From the human T2T-CHM13v2.0 reference genome, Homo sapiens, in the NCBI RefSeq assembly GCF_009914755.1, contig NC_060929.1: a DNA stretch of 64,000 bases; one strand, given 5' to 3'. Shown one piece after another: positions 1 through 12,910 of this stretch. Each line of letters starts with the position of its first letter. The first letter of the stretch is position 1. The position numbers and the translations under genes were made by a program. The notes beneath the pieces are model-generated. The model did not search any database. It was not told the origin of the DNA and saw nothing but the letters and a program-made list of their open reading frames with translations.

Positions 1-22
1 TGTTTATCATTTTATTTTTCAG

Positions 23-108
23 GTATGGTCATTTTTCTGGAATAAATCGTAAGGTTCAGTTGACCTATCTCCCTCATGGTTGTCCTAAAACATCTAGTGA
101 AGAGGAGG
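23..108 (+). CDS. PPIP5K2: PPIP5K2 exon (86 nt) [28 protein letters not shown]
   Basis: tttcag| acceptor, G|gtatgt donor; conserved GINRKVQ motif of PPIP5K/Vip1 family. Confidence 0.95.
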
Positions 109-1610
109 GTATGTTATTCTTAATGCTTATACAGTAGTTTTATATGTAGTAACTTGTTATTCACTGTTGATTACCTTTGGACCATCTTTTGCTTAGTAGT
201 TTAGGGAATGGCATGGTGAGGAAAAATAAAGTGGAATTATCTTAGCTGTGCTTCCTTTTCTTTAAATAAAGGATACAATTTTAAAATTACCTATTCTTTA
301 AACAAAGGATAGATTTTATTGTTCTGAAAACTGCATAGGAATTCCTTTTAACTGCGGGATTGTTTCGGAAAACTTATTTGTTTATAACTAAGTGTTATTT
401 AATGGGCTCCTTACATCACCTTTTGATAGTAGAGGGCAGAGTATATAAGAAGAAAGGCCAAGAAGTACAAAAAGACTTTGAAAAAATATACAATTAACCT
501 GTTTCTAAAATAAATGGGTATTTTCTTCCACCCAGTAAACCAGAGTAAGTCTTTAAACAAGTTTGGTCTCCTAAGAGCAGTCAGTATCCACATTCATAAA
601 TGCATTTACCTTACAAAAGAAAAGGGTAGGGATTGGGGAAGTCATTTCATAGAGAAATGCAGATGACCAATAAAATAATAATGATAGTAATAATAATCTG
701 TCTTGCCTATCATATTGGCAAAGTGTTTTCTTCGTTTCTGTTTTAAACTGGTAATAAAGTGTGCTGATGAGAATTCATTGAGACAGGATTTCAGTCTATA
801 GTAGAAGTATAAATTGGCACAGTGTTTTGAAAAGTAACTTGGCAATATATCAAAAACTTCAGAAAATGTACTTATGCTTTGACCTGAATTCTGCTTATCA
901 GGATCTAACCCAAAGAAGTAATCAGATGTTCAGGGAAAGATTATCTATAGGGATATTCATAGTGGTATTATTTATAGTAGCAAAAATTAATGATTATCTT
1001 AAATGCAGACACATATTTATAATAATCTTTATATATTTAGTTTAACATTTGATATATTGCTCTTATCACATTTTGTGGTTAATAGTAATACAGGTTAATT
1101 TTCTATATCTTAGTATTTATCATCAAAAACATTCTATAAGCAAATAATTTAAAAAGTTAGGTAACTAACTTTCTTTCCATAAATTAATATTGGTCTACAT
1201 GACAAAGCTCACAGAACCGCTAACTTGCTGCAGGGGAAGGGGTGATTTCCTCTCACCTTTAAAGAATGATTATTAAGTTCTTTTAGTGCTTATAATGCTT
1301 ATTTTTGAATTACTTTTTTTTTCAGAACCCAACACAGATCTTAATACCATGAAAAGGAGTAGGTCAAAATTAAGTACAGAAACTCATTAACTTATGGTAT
1401 TTTCTTTGTTCAAGAAAATACTCTGATGTGTAACATGCAGAGATTCCACAATTTCAAATTTAAAAAGCTGCTCTTGAATACCTTTTGTTTGCGTAAAATT
1501 TATTAGATTGCATAAAATTTAAATTAGAATAAATGTTAGGCTCTGTCATCTCACATCTTCCTAAAAATGATGCAAATCACCGATTTCCAATCTTAAAAAC
1601 ATATGTATCT

Positions 1611-1836
1611 GGCCGGGCGCAGTGGCTCACGCCTTAATCCCAGCACTTTAGGAGGCCGAGGTGGGTGGATCACCTGAGGTCAAGATTTCGAGACCAGCCT
1701 GGCCAACATGGTGAAACCCCGTCTCTACTAAAAATACAAAAATTAGCCAGGCGCCTGTAGAGCCAAGATCGTGCCATTGCACTCCAGCCAGGGCGACCAA
1801 GCGAGACTCTGTCTCAAAAAAAAAAAAACAAAAAAA
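1611..1836 (+). mobile_element. AluS with internal deletions in the right arm
   Basis: ggccgggcgcagtggctcac start, A-tail, imperfect TSD aaaaacatatgtatct / aaaaatatatatatct. Confidence 0.9.
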
Positions 1837-2302
1837 TATATATATCTTCTTCACTTCAACTAAGGTATTTTCTTTCATGGGACAGCACTGCAAAGGGTGC
1901 TTGATAGCAAGGCAGATAAAACCTGGATTCGGGCATCAAGGAGCTGTTAATCCAGCAGACATAGCACAACTAAATTAAGTACAATGAAAAAATTACTATG
2001 AGAGCAGGCAAGGGAGAAACATTACATCCCTGAAGAAAATTGGGAGCCATTTTTCTAAAGTATGAGAGAGATTTTCAAATTTCAGTAAGATTTAAACAGG
2101 TATAGCAAGGGAGTATTCCTTACAGAAGCAACTGCCTACAAACGGCATTAAGGAACATACATGCAACAGCATTTAAGGAAGAAAATATCTTACATATGGG
2201 CCATATTTCACTGCAGAAGAGAGCACAGAGAAAAAAATGAATCTTAAGTCTGTTTAAAGAAATAAACTTAACATTTGTTTTATTCATTCATATGTGTCAT
2301 AG

Positions 2303-2428
2303 ACAGCCGAAGAGAAGAACCATCTTTACTTTTGGTTCTAAAATGGGGAGGTGAATTAACTCCTGCAGGCAGGGTCCAGGCTGAAGAACTTGGAAGAGCC
2401 TTCAGGTGTATGTATCCTGGAGGTCAAG
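2303..2428 (+). CDS. PPIP5K2: PPIP5K2 exon (126 nt) [42 protein letters not shown]
   Basis: catag| ... aag|gtaaat; LKWGGELT motif; phase 1-1 matches neighbours. Confidence 0.96.
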
Positions 2429-2566
2429 GTAAATCTTAGAGTTTTCTTTAATTTGACTAATTTCATAAATTGTATTTTGAAATCCTCATTTGTGATGTTA
2501 TTAAACATTTATAGAAATACAATGAAATGAAAATATAGCTGAAGTGATTTGAGGATTTATTTTCAG

Positions 2567-2688
2567 GAGATTATGCAGGATTTCCTGGTTGTGGTTTACT
2601 TAGATTACATAGCACCTACAGACATGACCTCAAAATATATGCCTCTGATGAAGGACGAGTCCAGATGACTGCAGCTGCTTTTGCAAAG
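2567..2688 (+). CDS. PPIP5K2: PPIP5K2 exon (122 nt) [41 protein letters not shown]
   Basis: tttcag| ... aag|gtataa; [11 protein letters not shown] histidine-phosphatase arginine motif. Confidence 0.96.
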
Positions 2689-2754
2689 GTATAAATAATT
2701 TTTTTTTAGAATTATTAGAGTTTTTAATCTAATATTGTATCTTAAAACATTTTT

Positions 2755-3053
2755 GGCTGGGCGCAGTGGCTTACACCTGTAATCCTAGCACTTTGGGAGG
2801 CTGAGGTGGTCAGATCACTAGAGCCCAGGAGTTTGAGACAAGCCTGGGCAACATGACGAAACCTGTCTCTGCAAAAAAATTAAAAAAATAAAAATTAGCC
2901 AGGTGTAGTGGTTCACACCTGTAGTCCCAGCAGCTCAGGAGGCTGAGATGGGAGGATCACCTGAGCCCAGGAGGTCAAGGCTGCAATGAGCCAAAATCAC
3001 ACCGCTGCACTCTACCGCAGGCAACAGTGTCAGACCCTTGTCTCAAAAAAAAA
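2755..3053 (+). mobile_element. AluJ, full length
   Basis: Dimer with gagcccaggag and gtcaaggctgca diagnostic AluJ features, A-tail. Confidence 0.9.
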
Positions 3054-3260
3054 CCAAAATTTTTTTAACCAAGGAATATTTAAAAATTCTGTATTTGGAA
3101 CTTTCAAGTAAAACTCTAAAATGACAATAATGAACTGTAGTATTAATAAAGTTTATTTATGGTAAACTTAACTTATACTTTATGAAAATCAGTATGTAAC
3201 AAAATATTATTTTACGTATTAATTTTTTAAATTCGTGTTTTCTTTATTTAATATGCTTAG

Positions 3261-3443
3261 GGGCTTTTAGCTTTGGAAGGAGAGCTTACACCCATTCTTG
3301 TTCAAATGGTGAAAAGTGCAAATATGAACGGTCTTTTGGATAGTGATAGTGACTCTCTGAGCAGTTGTCAGCAACGTGTGAAGGCAAGGCTTCATGAAAT
3401 ACTTCAGAAAGACAGAGATTTTACTGCTGAAGATTATGAAAAG
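3261..3443 (+). CDS. PPIP5K2: PPIP5K2 exon (183 nt) [17 protein letters not shown]...[10 protein letters not shown]
   Basis: cttag| ... aag|gtgggt; overlaps ORF 3273-3509. Confidence 0.96.
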
Positions 3444-3762
3444 GTGGGTCTTAGCAAACTCTTATATTGTGAAATATTACACACACACAGAAAAGTGATA
3501 AGTGCATAAAACATACATGTAGAGCTTATTGTATTATAAAGCAAATACACATGTTATCATCCTCCAGGTAAAGAAATAGAACATTGGAACAACTTTGGCT
3601 TCTGTATGCCCCTTTTCAATCGCAACCCATTCCCTACCTCCTCAAAAAAACTACTGTCCTGACTTTTTATATTCTTTTCATATCCAGAATACTTACTTGA
3701 ATAATAAGTATAGTCTCTAACCAGTGTAGTCTAATTTTTGGCTTTTTTCTAACTTTAAATCT

Positions 3763-4478
3763 ATTGATTTTAATTGGCAAATTAAAATTATATATGTTTA
3801 TGACACAACATGTTTTAAAATATATATGCATTGTGAAATGGCTAACTTAAGCTAATTAACATATGTATTACCTCACATCCTTATTTATTTGTGATGAGAA
3901 CATTTAAAATCTACTCTCAGCAATTTTCAAGGATAAAATATATTGCTATTACTATAATCACCATGTTGTACAATAGAGCTCCTGAACTTATTCCTTCTGT
4001 CCAACTGAAATTGTGTATCCCTTGACCAACATCTTCCCAACCCCTTCCTTTTTCAGCCTCTGGTAGCCATCATTTTACTCTGCTTCTCTAAGTTTAACTT
4101 TTTTAGATTCTACATATAAGTGAGATTATACATATTTGTCATTCTGTGCCTGGCTTATTTCACTTAACATAGTGTCTTCTAGGTTCATCCATGTTGTTGC
4201 TAATGATAGGATTTCCTTCTTTTTTAAGGCTAGATGATGATACTTCATCTTGTATATATACTACACTTTCTTTATTCATTCATCTGTTATTGGACAGGTT
4301 GATTCCAGATCTTATCTATTGTGAACAGTGTTACAATAAAAATGGGAATGCAAATATCTCCTTGATATACGATTTCATTTCCTTTAGCTGTATACCTAGT
4401 ATTGGGATTGTTGGATCATATGGTTTTTCTGTCTTCAGTTTTTTGAGCAATGTTCATACTGTTTTCTATAATGGCTCT
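3763..4478 (-). mobile_element. L1MA-type 3' end
   Basis: attaacatatgtattacctcacat ... aaaatctactctcagcaattttcaa ... ttagattctacatataagtgagat match L1MA 3'UTR in antisense. Confidence 0.8.
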
Positions 4479-4637
4479 ACAGTATTAATTTACTTTGGCT
4501 ATTTTTTAAGGTTCATAGAACATGTTTTATTTTATATTTGGCTTCTTTTATTTAATATTTTATTTGTGAAATTCAACCATATTAAGTAATGGTCATAGTT
4601 AGTTAATAATCATTGCTGTGTTTGCTGTATTCCATTT

Positions 4638-4841
4638 CAGGGTTGGCAGAACTTTTCTGTAAAAGGCCAGATAGTAAATATTTTATTTAAAAAAATTAGA
4701 CTTTGCAGTCCAAATATGGTCTCTGTTGCATATTGTTTTTGTTTTCTTTTAACTGCCTTTTAAGCATGTAAAAACCATTCTTAGCTCATGGCCTGTGTAA
4801 CAGGCCACATTTGACCTGCAGGCTATAGTTTGTTGATCCAT
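4638..4841. mobile_element. MER58 (hAT-Charlie MITE)
   Basis: cagggttggcagaacttttctgtaaaaggccagatagtaaatatttt start; gctatagtttgttgatcc end. Confidence 0.8.
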
Positions 4842-5043
4842 GTACTACTTTATGAACATATTACAATTTATATATGCTTTCTATTATTGTTAGAGTTTTG
4901 GACTGTTAGGATTAAAGTTGCCATGAATATCCTGGTATGGCACCTGTGCAATGAGCATACGTTTCTCTTGGGTATATTGTAGGAGTGGAATTATTGTGAC
5001 CATGGTATACTTATTTACAATGTTAGCAGGTAATGTCAAACTG

Positions 5044-6124
5044 TTTTTTTTTTCTTTTTTGTCTTTTCATTCTTTTTTTTTTTTAAATTATACTTTAAGT
5101 TATAGGGTACATGTGCACGACGTGCAGATTTGTTACATATGTATACATGTGCCATGTTGGTGTGCTGCACCCATTAACTCGTCATTTACATTAGGTATAT
5201 CTCCTAATGCTTTCCCTCCCCCCAACCCCCACCCCCACAACAGGCCCCAGTGTATGATGTTCCCCTTCCTGTGTCCAAGTGTTCTCATTGTTCAGTTCCC
5301 ACCTGTGAGTGAGAACATGCGGTGTTTGGTTTTTTGTCCTTTCGATAGTTTGCTGAGAATGATGGTTTCCAGCTTCATCCATGTCCCTACAAAGGACATT
5401 AACTCATCATTTTTTATGGCTGCATAGTATTCCATGGTGTATATGTGCCACATTTTCTTAATCTAGTCTATCATTGATGGACATTTGGATTGGTTCCAAG
5501 TCTTTGTTATTGTGAATGGTGCCACAATAAACATACGTGTGCATGTGTCTTTACAGCAGCATGATTTATAATCCTTTGGGTATATACCCAGTAATGGGAT
5601 GGCTGGGTCAAATGGTATTTCTAGTTCTAGATCCTTGAGGAATCGCCATACTGTCTTCCACAATGGTTGAACTAGTTTACAGTCCCACCAACAGTGTAAA
5701 AGTGTTCCTATTTCTCCACATCCTCTCCAGCACCTGTTGTTTCCTGACTTTTTAATGATTGCCATTCTAACTGGTGTGAGATGGTATCTCATTGTGGTTT
5801 TGATTTGCATTTCTCTGATGGCCAGTGATGATGAGCCATGTGTCTGTTGGCTGCATAAATGTCTTCTTTTGAGAAGTGTCTGTTCATATCCTTCACCCAC
5901 TTTTTGATGGGGTTGTTTGTTTTTTTCTTGTAAATTTCTTTGAGTTCTTTGTAGATTCTGGATATTAGCCCTTTGTCAGATGAGTAGATTGTAAAACTTT
6001 TCTCCCATTCTGTAGGTTGCCTGTTCACTCTGATGGTAGTTTCTTTTGCTGTGCAGAAGCTCTTGAGTTTAATTAGATCCCATTTGTCAATTTTGGCTTT
6101 TGTTGCCACTGCCTTTGGTGTTTT
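5044..6124 (-). mobile_element. 5'-truncated L1PA (about 1.05 kb: ORF2 C-terminus + 3'UTR)
   Basis: Minus-strand ORFs 5463-5900 and 5789-6109 give L1 ORF2p C-terminal peptides ([31 protein letters not shown]); poly-T tail. Confidence 0.95.
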
Positions 6125-6459
6125 CTAATGCTATTGAGCTAATTTACACTCCCACCAGAGGTCAATGATAGTTGTCATTGCTCCACATATTCTCCATTCT
6201 TGGGATTCTCAGATGATTCCATTTTGGTCATTCTGGTGGATATACCTAGAATTTACTTTATTGTGGCTTCAATGTCTATTGACCATTTAGATATCCTCTT
6301 GAATGAGGACAAGTCTCTTGTCCTTTTTCTGTGAATTGTCTATGTTTTTCTTCTTGGATGGTAGAAGTTCTTTATATATTCTGGATATGAGTTCTTTGTT
6401 ACATGTAGATAACATAAAGTTAACACCACCTACTCTGAGCCTTAATGATGTCATGATGT

Positions 6460-6806
<347 letters not shown>

Positions 6807-9029
6807 TAGTTTTTCATGATTTCCAAGTTCATTTTTTTCCCCTTAGGGTCAATGCATTTTAATATATTGTTTAAGATATCTTTTTCGGAGAAGAGGCCAT
6901 AAGATATATATATCTTCTATAAACTTACTGTTTTGCTCTTCACATTTATCTGTATATCAGATAAAATTGACTTTTGTGTGTGCTATGAGCTAAGAATGTC
7001 AAGGTTGTTATTTCCCCTGCAACTATATATACATCTGGGTGTCCCAGCAGAACATACTGAAAAGACTATTCTTTCCCATTACTCAGAAGTACCATATTTA
7101 TTATATATGTGTGATCTGTTTCTGGACCCTGTATTCTGTTTGTTGATCCGTGTGCCAATGAATAATACCTCCCAACACCCAAATGGATCCTTCTTCAAGT
7201 GTTTTTTTTTTTTTTTTTTTTTGCATTTTCATATAAATTTTAAAACAAGCTGGTCAAAAATACTGTTGGGATTTTTTTATTTAGGTTGTATTATATCTGT
7301 AGTTTGTGCAAATTTACATTTTTTTCTCTAGTCTTTCAATCTGTGAATGTAGTGTAGCTCATTTATTTAGATATTCTTTAATATCTTTCAATAATGTTTT
7401 ATAATTTACTTCACAGAGTTCTTGTGCATCTTTGTTAGATTTAGGCTAAGGTGATTGATATTGTGCAATTATAAATGGGCCCTCTTTAAAAGTTTTATTC
7501 TCTGTTGTTGCTATATAGAAATATAATTAGTTTTAAAATATTGAGATTATAGGCGTCAACCTTGTCGAACTCATTAGTTCTAATAATTTATCTAGATTTG
7601 TTTCATTCTTTAACTGCACATCTATACTTTTTTTCTTTTCCAATCTTTGTTTTTTAAAAATTCTTTTTCTTGCTTTCCATAGGTAGGACCCTCAAAATAA
7701 TATTAAATAAAAGTAGCATTTCTAGTAACACTTGTACATTAAATATAAAGTTTTCTGTAGATATTTTATATAGCTGCCCTTCAAAATAAGGAAATTTCAT
7801 TGTTTCTATTTGGCTGAGTTTCCATTATAAAAACGTACTGAATTTTATCATATTTTCTTTCATCTATTATATCTTACAGTTTTTTGAATGTGAAACTAAC
7901 CTTGGTTCTAGAATATCCTCAGCTTTTCCATGTATGATCTTTTTCTTTCATATCACTGATTTTAGTTTGCTGAAATTTTGGTTAGGAATTTTGAATCTAT
8001 GTTCATGTCAGATTGGCCTTTACTTTTTTATTTTTGTTGTGTCTTATTTCAATGTCAGGATTATGCTAGTCTTGTAAAATTAGTTAGGGAATGCTTCCTA
8101 TTTGAGGAGAATAGTATATGTACAAATATTTCATTAAATTTTTAGTAAGCTTTACTAGTAAATAGTATGGTAAATCCTGTGGGTGTTTTCTTTGTGGGAA
8201 AGTTTCTAATTATGGAATTCAGAATAGTTTAGTACTTCTCAGTTATGTTTATGTCAATATTATTAAATTATATTTTTTAGAAGTTTGTTCATAATTTCTT
8301 TGTAATTTGTGTAGGATCTATAGAGATTTCCCTTTTTCTTTCATAACATTATACTTTTTTCCTTTTCTTCTTGATCAGTTTCACCATGGTTGATTAGTTT
8401 ATTAGTCCTTTCAAAGAACCATTGTTAAGATTTGTTAGGTCTCTGAATTATATGCTTATTTTCCATTTGATTAATTCTCATTGCTTAATATTTTATTTCT
8501 TCTACCTCTCTAGTTTTATTTTGCTATTTTTCTGATTCTCGAAATTAATAACACCAGGTGAATACTTACTAAGTTATTAATGTTCTGTCTTTTACAAAAT
8601 GTGCACCCTAGGCCGTATATTTTCCTTTATGCACTCTTTTGACTGGAGTCATTTATTATATTCATAAATATAAATGTTTCCAGTGGAGAAACAGCCTTAA
8701 ATTCTAGGCTCACTTTCTGGATCACTGACCTTTGAGTTTTGCTTCCATAATTCTTTACCACCTTGTTATTTCACAGATTCCTTAAAGCATACATATAGAT
8801 ATTCTTTGCCCAGAATTTTTACTTCCCTTCAGTGGATATATTGGTCCAAACTACCTAGTTTATTATAACCAGAAGTAGAATTGCACTTGACATTTTTTAT
8901 ATTGTAGAAACTTACTTAATGTGGTTAAATAACTTGCCAAGCTAAATGTCAAAACTGGAATGTGGAACTATATTTTTATTGATGGCTTTTATTCAAAAAA
9001 ATTCATTACAAATTCATTACAAAGGCATA

Positions 9030-9230
9030 ACAGGATAGTGGTTTAGAGCACCAGTCTGTAGCCAGACTACCTGCATTTGAGTCCTACTCCTTTACATCCT
9101 AGTGGTTTGATCTTAAGCAAGTAGCTTAACCTCAGGTAAGTCACTCATCTGGGAAAAGATAATAATAGATGCCTAGAGTTATTACATGTAAATATATGTC
9201 AAGTGGTCAGAACCATATTTACACATGTTA
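9030..9230 (+). mobile_element. MIR
   Basis: atagtggtttagagcac ... atttgagtcctactcc ... aagtagcttaacctc core similarity. Confidence 0.6.
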
Positions 9231-9526
9231 ACAGAGTCAGCAGATTGTCATCAAATTCCATTAAGTTAGAGTGTTGCTGCTAAATTTTCTTTATTGATAA
9301 GACAGCTAAGGTTTAATATTTTTTAACATGAATTCTGAGTCTTTTACTTCCTCCTTGATCTCATTACTATACAGTTCACCTTTAGACAATGTTGGGGTTG
9401 GAAGTGCCAGTCCCCCTCACAGTAAAAAAATTCGTGTATAACTTTTGACTCTGCAAAAACTTAACTACCAAGTTAAGCCTACCTTTGACTGGAAGCCTTA
9501 GCAATAATGTGAACAATGAACATATA

Positions 9527-10791
9527 TGAATGCTCATTATGAAAAAACTATACACAAATTTCAACTTTTTTTTACACTAAAATAATCTTGTATTATCTTG
9601 TTATGACATGTCTGAACAGGATTTAGTTTGAGGCACTAACAAGAGTAAGACATCAGTTTGAAGAGAGCCCCTGCGAGGGGCAACATGAATTCTGCTAAAA
9701 TTGAAACAAGAACAAACAGCAAATTTATGGTGAAGCTTAAGTGAAAAAAATGGTGAAATCATTGACACTTTACAAAAAGTTTATAGGAACAGTTTCCCGA
9801 AGAAATCAGCAGTATACAAATGGATAACTCGTTTTAAGATGGGACGAGATGATGTTGAAGATGAAGCCCTCAAAGGCAGACCATCCACATCAATTTTGCA
9901 AGGAAAAAATTAATCTTGTTCATGCCCTAATTGAAGAAGACCAATAATTAACAGCAGAAACAATAGCCAGTACCATAGACATCTCAGTTGGTTTAACTTA
10001 CACAATTCTGACTGAAAAATTAAAGTTGAGCAAACTTTCTGCTTAGAGTGCCAGAACCATTGTGCTCAGATCAGCTATAGACAGTAGCAGAGCTTTCAAT
10101 GGAAATTTTAAACAAGTGGGATGAAGATCCCAAAGCATTTCTTTGAAGAATTGTAACAGAAGATGAAACTGATTTTACCAGGATGACCCTGAAGATAAAG
10201 CACAATCAAAGTAATGGCTACCAAGAAGTGGAATTGGTCCAGTCAAAGCAGAAGCAGACTGGTCAAGAGCAGAGGTCATGGCAATAGTTTTTTGGGACGC
10301 TCAAGGCATTTTGCTTGCTGACTTTCTGGAGTGCTAAAAAGCAATAACATCTGCTTATTATGAGATTGTTTTGAGAGAGTTAGCCAAAGCATTAGTAGAA
10401 AACACCCACAAAATCTTCACTACAGAGTCCTCCATCATGACAATGCTCCTGCTTATTCCTCTCAGACAAGGGCAGTTTTGCAAGAGTTTCAGTGGGAGAT
10501 CATTAGGAATCTACCTTGTCGTCCTGATGTGGCTCCTTCTGACTTCTGTTTGTTTCCTAATCTTAAAAAAATATTTAAGGGGCACTCATTTTTCTTCAGT
10601 TAATAATGTAAAAAGTCTGCATTGACGTGGGTAAATTCCCAGGATCCTCCATATTTTAGGAATAGACTAAATGGCTGGTATCATCGCTTACAAAAGTGTC
10701 TTGACCCTGACAGACCTTAGGTTGAGAAATAAAGTTTTTTACTTTTATCTTTTAATTCAATTTTTCCACATACTTTCTGGAAGTTCCCCAG
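9527..10791 (+). mobile_element. HSMAR2 mariner DNA transposon, near full length
   Basis: About 1.27 kb, TA on both sides, right TIR tttttccacatactttctggaagttccccag, left TIR partly deleted. Confidence 0.9.
9685..10732 (+). pseudogene. Decayed HSMAR2 mariner transposase
   Basis: MNSAKIETRTNSKFMVKLK* start; remnants of VTxDET, HHDNA and PDxAPSD (DD34D) motifs; multiple stops and frameshifts; ends ..VEK*. Confidence 0.88.
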
Positions 10792-11293
10792 TATTTTGTA
10801 TATGTATTATATGCTCTAGTCTTACAACAGAGGGAACTAGAGAAAAGAAAATATTAAGAAAATTCTAGAGTGAGCTAGAGAAAAGAAAATGTTATTAAGA
10901 AAATTATAAGGAAGAGAATATATTTACTATGCCTTAAGGGGAAATAGATCATCTTAGAGGTCTTCATCTTTATTTTCACATTGAGTAGGCTGAAAAGAAA
11001 GAGGAAGAGGAGGGGTTAGTCATGCTGTCTCAAGGGTGGAAGAGGTGAAGGAGGTGGAAGGGGAGGCAGGAGAAACAGTACATTTTGGTGTAACTTTTAG
11101 GGAAAAACCCTGCATATATGTGGTCCTTTGCAGTTCAAACCTGTGGTGTTCAAGGGTCAACTGTATTTTGTGGTCATTTTAATTTCTGCTATGGAATTAT
11201 TCTCCAGCTACTGGAAAATTTTGTATATATATATTGTTCTCTTAGACAATTAGGCATAACCAGATATAAAATATATACTTTACTCATTTGTAG

Positions 11294-11435
11294 CTTACTC
11301 CATCTGGAAGCATTTCTCTTATCAAATCAATGCATTTAATTAAAAACCCTGTGAAGACCTGTGATAAAGTTTATTCCTTAATTCAGAGTTTGACTTCTCA
11401 AATCAGACATCGAATGGAAGATCCTAAATCATCAG
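11294..11435 (+). CDS. PPIP5K2: PPIP5K2 exon (142 nt) [47 protein letters not shown]
   Basis: ttgtag| ... cag|gtaaat; open frame, phase 0-1. Confidence 0.95.
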
Positions 11436-12186
11436 GTAAATATGTTTTTCTTAGAGCATAGAACAAATAAAAGTTACTATTCAATTAAGCATTTAATATA
11501 TGATGCACCAATCTTGTTGTAAGAAATCAAGCCTCTCTTGAGAGCTATGTATAGTATGAGTTAATGTATATCAAGCAAAAAAATAATGGCTAAGTTATAG
11601 TGGTTTTTATCCATGACAGCATGAAAGAGAAAATAAAATATTCTCATTTGATTATCTTATTATGCAGCATTGCTATATAGTTAAGCAGTGAGTAGACAGG
11701 GTAATAAGAAGGAGCAAGCAACAGGAAAGTGATCTAGGCTCTGGCCCCAAAGCTTACTTGGTTAGTAACTCAGACAACTTTGGCATCTTGGGTTTTTTTC
11801 TGGCAGAAAATGGATCATTTGGACTATTTTTAATGTCTAATGTTCCTCTGCTAGTCTGCCTATTCACTTAGTTATGTGAGTCTAATAAGAATAACAGTAT
11901 TGAAAATTGAAAATATATGAGCTTAAAAGAGCTTTGTTAAAATTGTTGCTCTTTTTCTTCTTATTGTTATTAAAGTCTATAATATATGGAAAAAGTCTAA
12001 GCCTAGTTCCTAACCCTTTAAGTCTAAAAGATATATGGTTGCTAGTAGCGTATGCCTAAAGTAACTCTCTAACTTCATACAGTTGTATTTTTGACACTTT
12101 AAAAAGTTTCTAATTATTAACATATTAATATATATTCTAAATCAGATTTTTAAGTTGCATAAACTAAAAATGTTATGTTGTTTTAG

Positions 12187-12410
12187 ATATTCAGCTTTAC
12201 CATAGTGAAACATTGGAGCTTATGCTACGTAGATGGTCCAAGTTAGAGAAAGACTTTAAAACAAAGAATGGAAGATATGATATTAGTAAAATCCCTGACA
12301 TATATGACTGTATAAAATATGATGTCCAGCATAATGGTTCCTTGAAATTAGAAAACACAATGGAATTATATAGGCTTTCGAAGGCATTAGCAGATATTGT
12401 TATCCCTCAG
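12187..12410 (+). CDS. PPIP5K2: PPIP5K2 exon (224 nt) [24 protein letters not shown]...[14 protein letters not shown]...LADIVIPQ
   Basis: ttttag| ... cag|gtaagt; overlaps ORF 12213-12425; SKIPDIYD family motif. Confidence 0.97.
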
Positions 12411-12619
12411 GTAAGTCATTCTTAAGAATCAATTTCTTATAATATTGAAAAAATACTTTTAAAATGTCTGTTGGTGGATAAAAAGGTAGTTGGTTTTCAT
12501 GTCCTTGGAAAACCAGTAACTTTAAACAGGAAATTAGGTAATTATGAATTTATATTTTAAGGTTTTTATGGTTGTATTGATCACATTATTTGATTTTCTA
12601 ATAGTTTGACTACAGTGAC

Positions 12620-12910
12620 TTTTTTTAGTAGACTATATTTATTAGAGCAGTTTTATGTTCACAGCAAAATCAAACAGAAGGTACAAAGATTTCCCATATG
12701 CCCCTGCCTCCATACATAGCACGTCCTCCCCCGCATTATGATTGTCCCCCACAAGAATGGTGCATTTGTTATAACTGATGAACCTACATTGACACATCAC
12801 CCAGAGTCCATAGTGCATTAGGGTTCACTCTTGGTGTTGTACATATGGGTTTGGGCAAATTTATAATGACATGTATCATCATAGTAGCATACAGAGTATT
12901 TCACTGCCAT
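12620..12910 (-). mobile_element. L1M (L1MC/MB-like) 3' end fragment
   Basis: gagcagttttatgttcacagcaaaa...gatttcccatat...gatgaacctacattgacacatca. Confidence 0.75.

Larger units (their letters stand above)
9372..11163. mobile_element. Tigger2a/MER28-like TcMar-Tigger element, split by HSMAR2
   Basis: TA|cagttcacctttagacaa left end; ttcaagggtcaactg|TA right end; body resumes at 10792. Confidence 0.85.

Noticed and set aside
4951-6109. ORFs of 100-160 aa (also 49086-49586, 58206-59222, 63114-63529)
   Set aside because: Fragments or antisense frames of truncated L1 ORF2/3'UTR, not genes.
10371-10625. 84-aa ORF within the mariner element
   Set aside because: Frameshifted piece of dead HSMAR2 transposase; no intact DD34D frame, so no sign of domestication.
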